Shown here piece by piece: positions 9,088 to 18,434 of a stretch of 64,000 nt of DNA; the stretch's first letter is position 1, and each line of letters opens with the position of its first letter. Under the pieces are notes generated by a model. The model was not told where the DNA came from, searched no databases, and saw only the letters and a list, made by a program, of their open reading frames with translations. A program made the translations under genes and the position numbers. The stretch comes from Acidimicrobiales bacterium (GTDB lineage: Bacteria > Actinomycetota > Acidimicrobiia > Acidimicrobiales > Bog-793). The stretch lies in the NCBI GenBank assembly GCA_049510975.1, contig JBEKYM010000001.1, forward strand, positions 82,705 through 146,704, in the 5' to 3' direction.

Positions 9088-10002
9088 TCAGATGTTCGCC
9101 GGCCGGCCTCGCCAGTACTCGAACATGTCGGCCAGGGTGGCGGCAAAGGGGATGTGCGGCGCCCATCCCGTGGTCGTCCGGAGCCGAGCGGCGTCGCCGA
9201 GGAAGACGGGGACGTCCACGGGCCGGAACAGCTCCGGATCCTGCACGAGCTCGACCGGCACCGAGGCGAGGGCGCACAGCTGCCTGGCCACCTCGGCCAC
9301 GGTGACTGCGGTGCCGCTGGCGATGTTGAACGTGCTGCCGGCAAGCGTGCGGTCGGCTCCCACCGCCAGGGCCAGCAGACGGTAGGCGCGCACCACGTCC
9401 CGCACGTCGGTGAAGTCCCGGGAGGCAGCCAGGTTGCCGACGCGCACTTCACCACCGCCGGCCCGCTCGGCCTCGGCGATGCGCTGAGCGAGTGCGGAGA
9501 CGACGAAGTCAGGCGACTGCCCGGGGCCGACGTGGTTGAACGGGCGGACCCGGACTGCCGGCACGCCCCGCCCGAGCCAGGCTTGCAAGGCCAGAAACTC
9601 CGCCGCCACCTTGCTCACGGCGTACGGCGTCACCGGCCGCAGATCGGCGTCTTCGGTCACTGGCGCCTCGCCGGCGGCCTGCCCGTAGACCTCCGCCGAG
9701 CTCACGACGACCACGACAGGCGGCACCGGACAGCGTGCGGCCGCCTCGAGGACCCGCAACGTGCCGAGCGCGTTCACCTCGAACGTACGGCCCGGGTCGG
9801 CCCACGAGAGCCCCACGTGCGCCAGCGCTGCCAAGTGGTAGACGACGTCGGGTTCGACGCCGAGCAGCGAGTCGGCGACGGCCTCGCCATCGGTGACGTC
9901 GACCTCGGCGTCGGTCCGAACGACATCGTCGCCCTGTTCCTCGAGGTGCGCGGTCAGCCACCCCCCGACGAAACCCAACCCTCCGGTGACATAAGCCCGC
10001 AC
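9088..10002 (-). CDS. NAD-dependent epimerase/dehydratase family protein (NDP-sugar reductase/epimerase-like)
   Basis: It has the N-terminal Rossmann motif VTGGLGFVGGWL and a YAVSK catalytic-type motif. Last gene of the glycan operon. GTG start. Confidence 0.8.
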   Translation of the reverse strand: MRAYVTGGLGFVGGWLTAHLEEQGDDVVRTDAEVDVTDGEAVADSLLGVEPDVVYHLAALAHVGLSWADPGRTFEVNALGTLRVLEAAARCPVPPVVVVVSSAEVYGQAAGEAPVTEDADLRPVTPYAVSKVAAEFLALQAWLGRGVPAVRVRPFNHVGPGQSPDFVVSALAQRIAEAERAGGGEVRVGNLAASRDFTDVRDVVRAYRLLALAVGADRTLAGSTFNIASGTAVTVAEVARQLCALASVPVELVQDPELFRPVDVPVFLGDAARLRTTTGWAPHIPFAATLADMFEYWRGRPANI

Positions 10003-10051
10003 CGCCCCACCCTACCGGCGCTCCTCGCACCGGCCCGAGACGGCTTCGGAC

Positions 10052-11200
10052 TCAGCCCGCAGCCGCCCGGTACGCCTCGAGATGGGCGGCAGCCGTCCGC
10101 TCCCAGGTGAAGCCGGCGGCCCGTTCGATCCCCTCCGCCCGACGGCGCCCGAGCTCGCCCGCACCGGCACCGAGCGCTGCCTCGAGGGCGCCGGCGAGGG
10201 CGGGGGCATCGCCCGGGGGCACGGTCCAAGCGGCCGTCCCGGCAACCTCGGCCATCGCGGTGCTCGAGGTCGTCACGAGCGGCGAACCGCAAGCCAGCGC
10301 CTCCAGCGCCGGCAAGCCGAAACCCTCCTCGTAGGAGGGGTAGGCCACGACGCGAGCGCACCGGAGCAGGGCCGGCACGACTTGGTCGTCGACGTAACCG
10401 AGGCGACGCACCCGGCCGCGGTGAACGCTCGAAGCGACGGCGCGTTCCACCTCCTCACTCCCCCACCCGTCGATTCCGGCGAGGACGAGGTCCAAGCCTT
10501 CGTGCGCCGCCGCGATCCGGTCGAAGGCCGCCACGAGCGGCGCGATGCCCTTGCGGGGTTCGATCGTGCCGAGATGGAGGATGTACTCGAGGTCCCGTGG
10601 GCAGCCGGACCGCTCGAGGAGGTCGCCGTCCGGCATCTCGGCCTGCGGTTCCGGCCGGAATCGGGCGAGGTCCACACCGTGGGGGGCGACGACGACCTGG
10701 GCTCGTGGGGAGAGGAGTGCGCGGAGGCGGCCGGCAGTCGTCTCGCTGACGCAGACGATCACGTCGGCATCTCGTGCCGCACGCCGGATGGCGCGCCGGA
10801 AGAAGGGGACCTTGGCGCGGACATGCCATTCCGGATGATCGAAGAACGTGAGATCGTGCACCGTGACGACCGTCCCGACTCCGGAAAGCCCGTGCGGGAA
10901 CGTGTAGTGGGGGCCGTGATGGACGGCGATGGCCGGATCGGAGAGATGCGTGACCGCCGGCCCGAGCAGCCATTGCTCGTAGCCGACGCGCAGCGGTCGC
11001 GAGGCCCAGACCCGGTCGACGAGCCGGCTCGACGGGGCCAGCCGGCGCCAGCGGTCGGCGTCGCCCTTGCGGGACACGAGCGTGAGCGCGACGTCCTCGA
11101 TGCTGCCGAGGGCTCGCACGAGCTCGATCACGTACCGCCCGGCTCCGGCCGGCCGGCCGGGGATGGCGCTCACGTCGAGGCTCGTCGCCAGGGCGGCCAT
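10052..11200 (-). CDS. Glycosyltransferase family 4 (GT-B, mannosyltransferase-like)
   Basis: It has the C-terminal GT1/GT4 signature (AYPSYEEGFGLPALEALACGSPLVTT). The start was set at ATG 11200, which forms an ATGA overlap with the upstream gene stop. Confidence 0.8.
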   Translation of the reverse strand: MAALATSLDVSAIPGRPAGAGRYVIELVRALGSIEDVALTLVSRKGDADRWRRLAPSSRLVDRVWASRPLRVGYEQWLLGPAVTHLSDPAIAVHHGPHYTFPHGLSGVGTVVTVHDLTFFDHPEWHVRAKVPFFRRAIRRAARDADVIVCVSETTAGRLRALLSPRAQVVVAPHGVDLARFRPEPQAEMPDGDLLERSGCPRDLEYILHLGTIEPRKGIAPLVAAFDRIAAAHEGLDLVLAGIDGWGSEEVERAVASSVHRGRVRRLGYVDDQVVPALLRCARVVAYPSYEEGFGLPALEALACGSPLVTTSSTAMAEVAGTAAWTVPPGDAPALAGALEAALGAGAGELGRRRAEGIERAAGFTWERTAAAHLEAYRAAAG

Positions 11201-12390
11201 CAGCCGGCCACCTCGGCCCACCAGTCGACATGGCGCCTGGCGGCTGCTGCCCACGTGCGCTCGCGCACGCTCGCCGGCCCCGCACGAGCGAGCTCGGCCC
11301 GCCGGGCGTCGTCGGTTGCGAGATCCCCGAGCGCCCGTGCGATGTCCTCGGTCGAGCGGGCGTCGACCACCGCTGCGGGGCTGGCGTGCTCCATCACGCT
11401 CGGGACCGAGGAGCTCACGAGTAGGGGCGCCCCTGCCGCGAGCGCCTCGACTGCGGGCAGCCCGAAGCCCTCGACCAGGGGCACGTACACCGCCACGCGG
11501 GCGCCGGCGTACAGCGCGCTGAGCACGGCGTCATCGACTTTGCCGACCATGACGACCCCGTCGGTCTCCTCCAGCCCAAGGCCCCAGCCGGACGGCCCGA
11601 CGACGAGCAGCGGCCACGGTTCGGGGAGCTCCGGTCGCATTTGGCGGTACGCCGCCAACAGGCGGCGGAGGTTCTTGCGCGGCTCGAGCGTGCTCACCGT
11701 GAGGAGGTACTCGCCCGTGACTCCGAGGCGCTGGAGCAGGCGGCGTGCCGCCTCGCCATCCGGCGGGGGCAGGTGATCACAGCCCTCGGAGATGACTTCG
11801 ACGCAAGCGGGATCGAGCTCGACGGACGCTCGGAGCAGGGCGGACTGCACGGCTCTGGACGGGACGACGACCCCGCGGGCGCGTCGCCCGGCTCGCCGGA
11901 GCGCTGCCTCGTGCCACGACAGCCCGTGAGGCGGGTACGCCTCCGGCACCTGCCGCCAGGCGACGTCGTGAACCATGACGGTGAGCGGGACCGGTCCCGT
12001 AGGAGGGGCTGCCAGCGAGACCGAATGGACGAGGTCGAAGCGGGACCGGAGGCCGAGCAGCCCTCGATCCCACAACCGCGTGACGATCCGGTCGGGCAGG
12101 CTCTCGGCCCGAGGAAGGCTGCCGGCGCCGGCCAGTAGGCGCCCGCCGACCGCTCGGGTGGGAAAACCGAGGGAGGCGAGCGGATCCGAGCCCACCCGCC
12201 CGCTTCGCGCCGCCGCCACGACCGTCAGATCGGGGAGCGGATCGAGGGTCGAGAGGCCGGCCAGCAACTCGATCGCGAACCTGCCGATGCCGCCCGGCAC
12301 GCGTCCTCGCACCTGCTCGGCGACAAAGGCCACGTGCGGCCGCCCGCCTGGAAGGCGCCGGAGCTCGCCGGCGGCGGACCTGTCAACCAC
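11200..12390 (-). CDS. Glycosyltransferase family 4
   Basis: Signature VYVPLVEGFGLPAVEALAAGAPLLVS. The long N-terminal extension in the track is Arg/Pro-rich and overlaps the upstream gene, so the start was reset to in-frame GTG 12390 (VVDRSAAG), 8 nt into the upstream gene end. Confidence 0.75.
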   Translation of the reverse strand: MVDRSAAGELRRLPGGRPHVAFVAEQVRGRVPGGIGRFAIELLAGLSTLDPLPDLTVVAAARSGRVGSDPLASLGFPTRAVGGRLLAGAGSLPRAESLPDRIVTRLWDRGLLGLRSRFDLVHSVSLAAPPTGPVPLTVMVHDVAWRQVPEAYPPHGLSWHEAALRRAGRRARGVVVPSRAVQSALLRASVELDPACVEVISEGCDHLPPPDGEAARRLLQRLGVTGEYLLTVSTLEPRKNLRRLLAAYRQMRPELPEPWPLLVVGPSGWGLGLEETDGVVMVGKVDDAVLSALYAGARVAVYVPLVEGFGLPAVEALAAGAPLLVSSSVPSVMEHASPAAVVDARSTEDIARALGDLATDDARRAELARAGPASVRERTWAAAARRHVDWWAEVAG

Positions 12391-13582
12391 GGGAGGCGGC
12401 CGCCCGTGTGTAGAGATCGAACATGGCAGCCGCGCAACCGTCCCACGAGTACCGGGCCGCCTGGGCACGCCCGCGCTGCACGAGTGCGGCTCGGAGCGTC
12501 GCGTCGGAGAGCACTTGCTCGAGGGCACCGGCGAGGGCGGCCGTGTCCCGAACCGGGACGACGATGGCGCCGTCACCGACGATCTCGGGCAGGGCTCCGC
12601 CTGCGGTCGTGACAACTGGCACCCCGGCTGCCATTGCCTCGAGCGGAGGAAACCCGAAGCCCTCGTAGAGCGACGGGTAGGCGAGCGCCCTCGCCCCGGC
12701 CAACAGCGACGACCGCAGGGCATCGTCGACATAGCCAAGGCGCACGACCCGCTCCCCCACCCCGGAGGCCGCCACAGCTTCGTCGAGGGCAGCGCTGCCC
12801 CGGCCCTCGGCGCCGGCGATGACGAGGCGAAGGTCGGGATGGGAGCCGGCGATCTCGGCGAAGGCCCTCACGAGCCCCGGGTAATCCTTGCGGGGCTCGA
12901 TCGTCGAGATCGCCAGCACGTACGGACCGACGCCGGCCGCTCTGTCGCTGAGCGCTGCTCCGGAAGGGTCCTCGGGGCCGCCTCCGCCGGCCGGTCCGTC
13001 GGGGCCGCCTCCGCCGGCCGCTCGGTCGAGGGCCGGCGCCTGGACCGGCGGCAGGCCGTAGGGGATCACCGTGATGGACTCGAGGGGGATGCCGATCAGC
13101 TCGGAGAGCTCGCCGGCCACATGGCGGGAGGCCGTGTGCACAAAGGCGCCGCGCCGCACGGCGCTCACGACGAGCTTTGGATAACTGCGCGACGCCGGCG
13201 CGCACAGCTCGGGGAAACGCCAGGGCGTGACGTCGTTGACCGTGAGGACGGCAGCTGCTCGGCGAGTCGGCGGGACGGCGAAGTTCGTGCCGTGCACGAC
13301 CTCGACACGGCCGGCGACGGATTCGATCGTGGGCCGGCGAGCCAGGCGCCAGGCCAAGTGGGCGATCCGCGTCGGGATGGCGGCGGAGCAGAATCGCACA
13401 CCGCTCGGCACGAGCGCCCGCAAGGCGGCGGCTCGGCGGGCCACGGCAAAGGCGGTCACGTCGAGGTCGTCACGGCCCGCAAGGGCTCGCAGCAGCTGCT
13501 CGCAACACACGCCCACCCCGGTCCGGGGCCCTGCCAGGGGCAGTACGTCGAAGGCCACCGTGAGCGCCGAGCGCTCGCTCAC
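12383..13582 (-). CDS. Glycosyltransferase family 4
   Basis: Signature AYPSLYEGFGFPPLEAMAAGVPVVTT. The start was reset to GTG 13582 (VSERSALTVAFDVL), just downstream of the cofE stop at 13596. Confidence 0.75.
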   Translation of the reverse strand: MSERSALTVAFDVLPLAGPRTGVGVCCEQLLRALAGRDDLDVTAFAVARRAAALRALVPSGVRFCSAAIPTRIAHLAWRLARRPTIESVAGRVEVVHGTNFAVPPTRRAAAVLTVNDVTPWRFPELCAPASRSYPKLVVSAVRRGAFVHTASRHVAGELSELIGIPLESITVIPYGLPPVQAPALDRAAGGGGPDGPAGGGGPEDPSGAALSDRAAGVGPYVLAISTIEPRKDYPGLVRAFAEIAGSHPDLRLVIAGAEGRGSAALDEAVAASGVGERVVRLGYVDDALRSSLLAGARALAYPSLYEGFGFPPLEAMAAGVPVVTTAGGALPEIVGDGAIVVPVRDTAALAGALEQVLSDATLRAALVQRGRAQAARYSWDGCAAAMFDLYTRAAASRG

Positions 13583-13595
13583 CTCAGCAGCTCGA

Positions 13596-14321
13596 TCACC
13601 GAAACAGATCCTCGTCGTACGGCCGCACGACGTCTTCTCGCACCGAGCCCGGCCCGAAGACCGAAGGGTCGAGCCCGCGAACGATGGCGACGGGCACGCC
13701 GGAGGCCTTCCCCATGACGAGCTCGGCAGCGCCGGCGATCTCGTCGACGACGCAGATCTCGGTGGCGACGAGCGTCCGTCCGAGGGCGTCGGCGGTGCCA
13801 CGCAAATCCACGATGGCGCGAAGGCCGGCGCTGCCGATGGCGACGTCGGTCACGCCGCGGCGCCAAGCCCGGCCGAAGGTGTCCGAGACGATGACGCCGA
13901 CGGCGCGGCCGGAACGGGCACGCAGCCCGTCGCGGATGCGGCGAGCGGAGCGGTCCGGGTCGATCGGGAGCAGAGCTGCAAAGCCCTCGGCCATGTTCGA
14001 GAGGTCGACGCCGGAGTTGGCGCAGACAAAGCCGTGGCGGGTTTCGGTGACGACGAGATCGCCGCGGCGCCTGAGCACCCGCACCGCCTCGCCTTCGGCC
14101 AGCTGGCGGCGAGCTTCGGCGTCGTCGCTGTCGACGGCTACGACACGCCCTTCGGCTTTGGAGACGATCTTCTGAGTGACGACGACGACGTCACCGTCGG
14201 CCAGGGCGACTGCCGCCGCGATCATGCCGGCGAGGTCGTCGCCGGCGTTCACTTCCGGCAGGTCGGTGACGGCGATGACGGTGAGGGAGAGGGGCGCTTG
14301 CACCTCGGGATTCTGACGCAC
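13596..14321 (-). CDS. cofE: Coenzyme F420-0:L-glutamate ligase, stand-alone CofE type (no nitroreductase-like C-terminal domain)
   Basis: CofE-type sequence (VVVVTQKIVSKAEGR...CANSGVD.SN...IVSDTFGR.WR.G..DVAIG). The start was reset to GTG 14321, giving about 241 aa, and cofD lies immediately upstream. Confidence 0.8.
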   Translation of the reverse strand: MRQNPEVQAPLSLTVIAVTDLPEVNAGDDLAGMIAAAVALADGDVVVVTQKIVSKAEGRVVAVDSDDAEARRQLAEGEAVRVLRRRGDLVVTETRHGFVCANSGVDLSNMAEGFAALLPIDPDRSARRIRDGLRARSGRAVGVIVSDTFGRAWRRGVTDVAIGSAGLRAIVDLRGTADALGRTLVATEICVVDEIAGAAELVMGKASGVPVAIVRGLDPSVFGPGSVREDVVRPYDEDLFR

Positions 14322-14344
14322 GGGGTCCGGGCGAGCTGCCAGGG

Positions 14345-15304
14345 CTACCCGGCCGCTTGCATCCGATCGGGGTCGCGTGTCCCGCCGCAGGCAAGCACGG
14401 TGCGGGCGAGTGCGGCGGCGGTCTGTGCGTCCTTCATCACCGTTGGTGTCACCACGCACTCCACGCCGGCGGCCTCTACCCCTGCCCGCTGGTCGGCGTC
14501 GGCCTCGTCGATGACGAGCGTGCCGCACACGTCGCTCAACCACCGCGCCACGGCCGCAGCGCTCGCCTCGCTGCCGAGCTCGGAGAGCAGCCGGTCGGCC
14601 GGCCCTTTCAAGGCGGCGCCGGCAATGATCGGCGAGATGCCGACGACCTCTCGCCGGCGGGAGGCGAGGGCGGTGCGGATCCCAGGGACGGCCAAGATCG
14701 GGTCGATGGACACCACCGGGTTCGACGGGGCGATGACGACCGTGCTGGCGGAGCCGAGCGCCTCCAGCACCCCGGGACCCGGCTCGGCCACCTCGGCGCC
14801 GGCAAAGCGCACGGCCCGCACCGCCACGCTATGGCGCAGACGGACGAAGTAGTCCTGGAAGCTGACCTCCGCGCCGGAGGCGAGCTCGAGAACCGTACGG
14901 ACCGGGTCGTCCGACATGGGCAGCAGCCGCAGCCCGAGACCGAAGGCGCGGGCGAGATCCGCGGTCACCTGCGAGAGCGGCGCCCCCGCCCGCAGGCGGC
15001 CGGTCCGGTAGAGATGGGTGGCCAGATCCAGGTTCCCGAGCCGGAACCAGGTGTCGCCCCCGAGCGTCTCGAGCGCGTCCATCGTCGTGAAGTCGTCGCC
15101 GGCAAGCCCCCAACCTGTCGCACGGTTGACGCGGCCCGACAGGGTGTAGGTGATCGTGTCGAGATCGGGACTGATCGACAGACCGTGCAGCTCGGTGTCG
15201 TCACCGGTGTTGACGATTGCCACGACCTCGCCGGCATCGACGACGTCGAGCAGGCCGGACAGGAAGCGGGCGGCGCCGACGCCGCCGCAGAGCACGGCGA
15301 TCAC
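14345..15304 (-). CDS. cofD: 2-phospho-L-lactate (or EPPG) transferase CofD/FbiA
   Basis: N-terminus MIAVLCGGVGAARFLSGL and LGNLDLATHLYRT-type motifs typical of CofD. The 319-aa length fits, and there is a 4-nt overlap with the upstream gene. Confidence 0.85.
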   Translation of the reverse strand: MIAVLCGGVGAARFLSGLLDVVDAGEVVAIVNTGDDTELHGLSISPDLDTITYTLSGRVNRATGWGLAGDDFTTMDALETLGGDTWFRLGNLDLATHLYRTGRLRAGAPLSQVTADLARAFGLGLRLLPMSDDPVRTVLELASGAEVSFQDYFVRLRHSVAVRAVRFAGAEVAEPGPGVLEALGSASTVVIAPSNPVVSIDPILAVPGIRTALASRRREVVGISPIIAGAALKGPADRLLSELGSEASAAAVARWLSDVCGTLVIDEADADQRAGVEAAGVECVVTPTVMKDAQTAAALARTVLACGGTRDPDRMQAAG

Positions 15305-16251
15305 GGCCGGCGGTCCCGGTGCTCGGCGATCACGCGGGAGACGCCGTCGCTCACGGTCGTCCAGTGCTTCCAGCCGAGATGGATACCGGCCCGATCGGGA
15401 TCGAGGGCACTGCGCTGGATGTCGCCGGCCCGCTCGGGTCCGTGGCGGGCGGGCGTCGAAACGCCGGCGACTGCCGCCATCTTCTCGTAGAGCTCGGCCG
15501 TCGAGGTCTCCGTGCCGGTGCCGATGTTGAGCACGAGACCGCCACCTCGCTGAGCGGCGCGGGCGAAGGCGTCGACGACATCGTCGACGTAGACGTAGTC
15601 GCGCGTGCTGCTGCCGTCACCGAAGATGACACACGGTTCGCCGGCCACGAGGGCGGCGGCGAAGATGGCGACGACGCCGGCCTCACCGTGCGGGTCCTGG
15701 CGCGGCCCGTAGACGTTGGCGAGGGCGAGCGCTGTGAACTCCATACCGTGCAAGGTCCGGTAGGCGGCGAGGTAGTCGATGGCGGCCTTCTTCGACACCC
15801 CGTACGGCGACATCGGTCCGTGAGGAGCATGCTCGGCCACGGGTAGGTCGGCTGGGTCGACGTCGCCGTACAGCGTGCCGCCGCTGGCGGCATAGACGAT
15901 CTTTCGCGTCCTGGCCGCCCGCGCCGCCTCGAGCACCCGGAGGCTGCCGAGCACGTTGATCTCGGCGTCTCGAATTGGATCGGTCACCGAGACGGCCACG
16001 GAGATCTGGGCCGCCAGGTGGAAGATGATCTCCGGTTCCCGATGAGTGATCACCTCGGCGACCGACTCCTCGCGGATGTCGATGTGGTGAAAGCGGAACG
16101 CCCCACCCGAGGCTCGAGCGTCCGCCAGGTTTGCCAGCGAGCCGGTCGACAGGTCGTCGACGACGTCGACTTCGTGGCCCTCGGCGAGCAGGCGATCGAC
16201 AAGGGTCGAGCCGATGAAACCCGCTCCCCCGGTGACAAGCATCCGGCTCAT
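15301..16251 (-). CDS. NAD-dependent epimerase/dehydratase (UDP-glucose 4-epimerase-like)
   Basis: MLVTGGAGFIGSTLVDRL Rossmann motif and the YGVSK catalytic motif. The start was set at ATG 16251, an ATGA overlap with the manC-like stop. Confidence 0.8.
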   Translation of the reverse strand: MSRMLVTGGAGFIGSTLVDRLLAEGHEVDVVDDLSTGSLANLADARASGGAFRFHHIDIREESVAEVITHREPEIIFHLAAQISVAVSVTDPIRDAEINVLGSLRVLEAARAARTRKIVYAASGGTLYGDVDPADLPVAEHAPHGPMSPYGVSKKAAIDYLAAYRTLHGMEFTALALANVYGPRQDPHGEAGVVAIFAAALVAGEPCVIFGDGSSTRDYVYVDDVVDAFARAAQRGGGLVLNIGTGTETSTAELYEKMAAVAGVSTPARHGPERAGDIQRSALDPDRAGIHLGWKHWTTVSDGVSRVIAEHRDRRP

Positions 16252-17327
16252 TGCGGGTACTGCTCTCCGGAGAGCGCGGCCTGAGCGGGAACCTGCAAAC
16301 CGCCGCGACAGACCGTCAGCTCCTCGAGGCTGGCGCCGGCCCCGACGGCGGTGCCCGAGCCGACGATGCTGTCGATGATCCTGCACCCGTCTCCGACGAC
16401 CACTCCCGGCAACAGGGCCGAGCGCGTCACCTCCGATCGCTCGCCGATCCGGCAGCCGGCGCCGATGACCGAGTCCGTGACGACGGCACTCTCGGCGACG
16501 AAGGCGCCCGGTCCGAAGTACCCGAAACCCGACCGCCGGCCGAGCACGCTCGCCCCCGGCGCCTCGAACGAGCCAGAAGTCACTTCGTCGGCGAGGGGGC
16601 GAGACGCCGGCGTCCGCAGCCCGCGGAGGATGTCGAACTGTGCTTGCAGGTATTGGACGGGCGTGCCGGTGTCGAGCCAGTAATCGTCCGATGCCATGGC
16701 ATACAGGCGTTCACCGGCGATGAGCGCAGGAAAGGTCTCCCGCTCGATGGACACCGGGCGCCCGGCGGGGATGCGCTCGAGCACGGACGGTTCGAGCACG
16801 TAGGTGCCGCCGTTGATGAGGTTGGTGGGGGCGGTACCGGGAGGGGGTTTCTCGAGGAAAGCCGTGACCCGCCCGTCGGCGTCCGTCGGCACGACGCCGA
16901 ACGCGGACGGATCGGCCACAGGCGTGAGGTGGATCGACGCTTCCGCCTCGTGCTCGATGTGGAACTTGACGAGCGACGTGAGGTCGAGGTCGGTGAGCAC
17001 GTCACCATTCAGGACAAGGAAGCGGCCGTCGACATCGCCCTTCTCGGCGGCGAAACGAACCGCTCCGGCCGTCCCGAGCGGCTCCGGCTCGACGGCATAG
17101 ACGAGCCTCACGCCGTCGATCGAACCACTCGGGAACGCTTCGATGAAGGCGTCGGGACGGTAACCGAGCGAGAGGATGGCCCGGTCGAGGCCGTTGCGGG
17201 CGAGCCAGGAGACCACGTGGGTGACGAGCGGGCGGTCGACGACGGGGAGCATCTGCTTGGGCGTGTCGTAGGTGAGCGGGCGCAGCCGCGTCCCTTTGCC
17301 TCCGACGAGGACGACGACGTCCATCAC
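16248..17327 (-). CDS. Mannose-1-phosphate guanylyltransferase-type NDP-sugar pyrophosphorylase with a left-handed beta-helix C-terminus
   Basis: LVGGKGTRLRPLTYDTPKQMLPV signature. It is 359 aa, matching the actinobacterial GDP-mannose pyrophosphorylase architecture (as I recall the Mycobacterium tuberculosis ManB/Rv3264c type). Confidence 0.8.
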   Translation of the reverse strand: MMDVVVLVGGKGTRLRPLTYDTPKQMLPVVDRPLVTHVVSWLARNGLDRAILSLGYRPDAFIEAFPSGSIDGVRLVYAVEPEPLGTAGAVRFAAEKGDVDGRFLVLNGDVLTDLDLTSLVKFHIEHEAEASIHLTPVADPSAFGVVPTDADGRVTAFLEKPPPGTAPTNLINGGTYVLEPSVLERIPAGRPVSIERETFPALIAGERLYAMASDDYWLDTGTPVQYLQAQFDILRGLRTPASRPLADEVTSGSFEAPGASVLGRRSGFGYFGPGAFVAESAVVTDSVIGAGCRIGERSEVTRSALLPGVVVGDGCRIIDSIVGSGTAVGAGASLEELTVCRGGLQVPAQAALSGEQYPQ

Positions 17328-17367
17328 GATTCGCTTCGGCGGGCGACGGCGATCTGCCCGGTCAAGG

Positions 17368-18423
17368 CTAGGTGGACGAGGTCGTCGACGATGACGACGA
17401 CGTCGTGGTGCTCTTCGCTGCCGTCGTCGAGGTGGTGGAGCTCTTCGGCGCCGTCGTCGAGGTGGTCGAGCTCGTCGAGGTGGTCGCCAGCGTGCTCGGC
17501 ACGGTCGTCGTGGCGATGCCGCCCGGGTCCTCGAAGGCGAAGGACTTGAGAGCAGCCCGATCGACCGCCGGCGGCTGCGGGATCGTGGCGCCCTTCGGGA
17601 GGAAGGCGATCGTGATCATCTGGCCGTTCTCGAGCCGGGTGTCGTCGGCCTTTGCCGCCGGCACGATCGTGCCCTTCGACGACGTCGTGTGCGGCCAGGT
17701 CTCCACCGAGATGTACCCGGGTTTCGAACCGCATTTCGTCACGCCGTTCTTGTAGTTCTTGGCTGGGCCGGGTTCGGTGGCGACCGTCGTCGTCGTCGTG
17801 CTCGAGGACGACGTCGTCGTCGACTTGCCCGTGGACTTGGCCGCCGTCGTGGACGTGGTCGTGCTCGACGAAGTCGTCGTCGTGCTCGAGGAGGTCGTCG
17901 TCGTGGTCGACTTGCCTTTCGGCACCGTCGTCGTCGTGGTGGTCGAGGTGGTGGTCGTCGTGGTCGGCACCGGTACTGGCTTGCCGGGTATGGAGAGGAG
18001 CGTCGAGCTGACCGAGGCGGCCTCGATGAGGAGGTAGGCGCCGAGTGTGGCCCCCTTGCCTTCGTAGGCGGTCGGCTGCGGAGAGAGGCTGGGTTCGATG
18101 CGGACGATGCCGTCGCCGATGGAGGCGAGCGGATCGGTGGCGAGATCGTCGATCGGGAGCGCCGTCGGGACGAACGTCCCGCAGATGTCGACCGCCACGG
18201 CTGCCTCCCACTCGTCGCTCGCCGTCGGCGGGACGGAGGCCTTCGCGGCAGCAGGGAGCGGATGGAGCAGTTCGTAGCGGCTGTAGGCCACGAGCGACAC
18301 TCCGAGCAGGCAGATGGCGAGCAGGACGAGATACCAGCTCACCGGAGTCTGGGCTCGGTAGGTCCGCCCACCGCCCGAAGCGGCGGCGCGCGCGACCCTG
18401 CGGCTGAAATTGTCACCGGGCAC
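17368..18423 (-). CDS. Membrane-anchored extracytoplasmic protein with two Thr/Ser-rich mucin-like tracts
   Basis: It has an N-terminal TM helix (WYLVLLAICLLGVSLVAY), a central run TTTTTSTTTTTTVPKGKSTTTTTSSSTTTTSSSTTTSTTAAKS..., and a second Thr/Ser run at the C-terminus. It sits inside the glycan operon. GTG start. Confidence 0.6.
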   Translation of the reverse strand: MPGDNFSRRVARAAASGGGRTYRAQTPVSWYLVLLAICLLGVSLVAYSRYELLHPLPAAAKASVPPTASDEWEAAVAVDICGTFVPTALPIDDLATDPLASIGDGIVRIEPSLSPQPTAYEGKGATLGAYLLIEAASVSSTLLSIPGKPVPVPTTTTTTSTTTTTTVPKGKSTTTTTSSSTTTTSSSTTTSTTAAKSTGKSTTTSSSSTTTTTVATEPGPAKNYKNGVTKCGSKPGYISVETWPHTTSSKGTIVPAAKADDTRLENGQMITIAFLPKGATIPQPPAVDRAALKSFAFEDPGGIATTTVPSTLATTSTSSTTSTTAPKSSTTSTTAAKSTTTSSSSSTTSST

Positions 18424-18434
18424 GGTCGCAAACC

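Noticed and set aside
11200-13801. Very long N-terminal extensions on the second and third GT4 genes, and similar extensions on cofE, galE-like, rfbB, wbbL-like, SDR, ccmF, ccmH and ccmI-like ORFs.
   Set aside because: The extensions are Arg/Pro-rich, overlap the preceding gene by hundreds of nt, and precede obvious canonical N-termini. In-frame GTG/ATG starts at stop-start overlaps give family-typical lengths.
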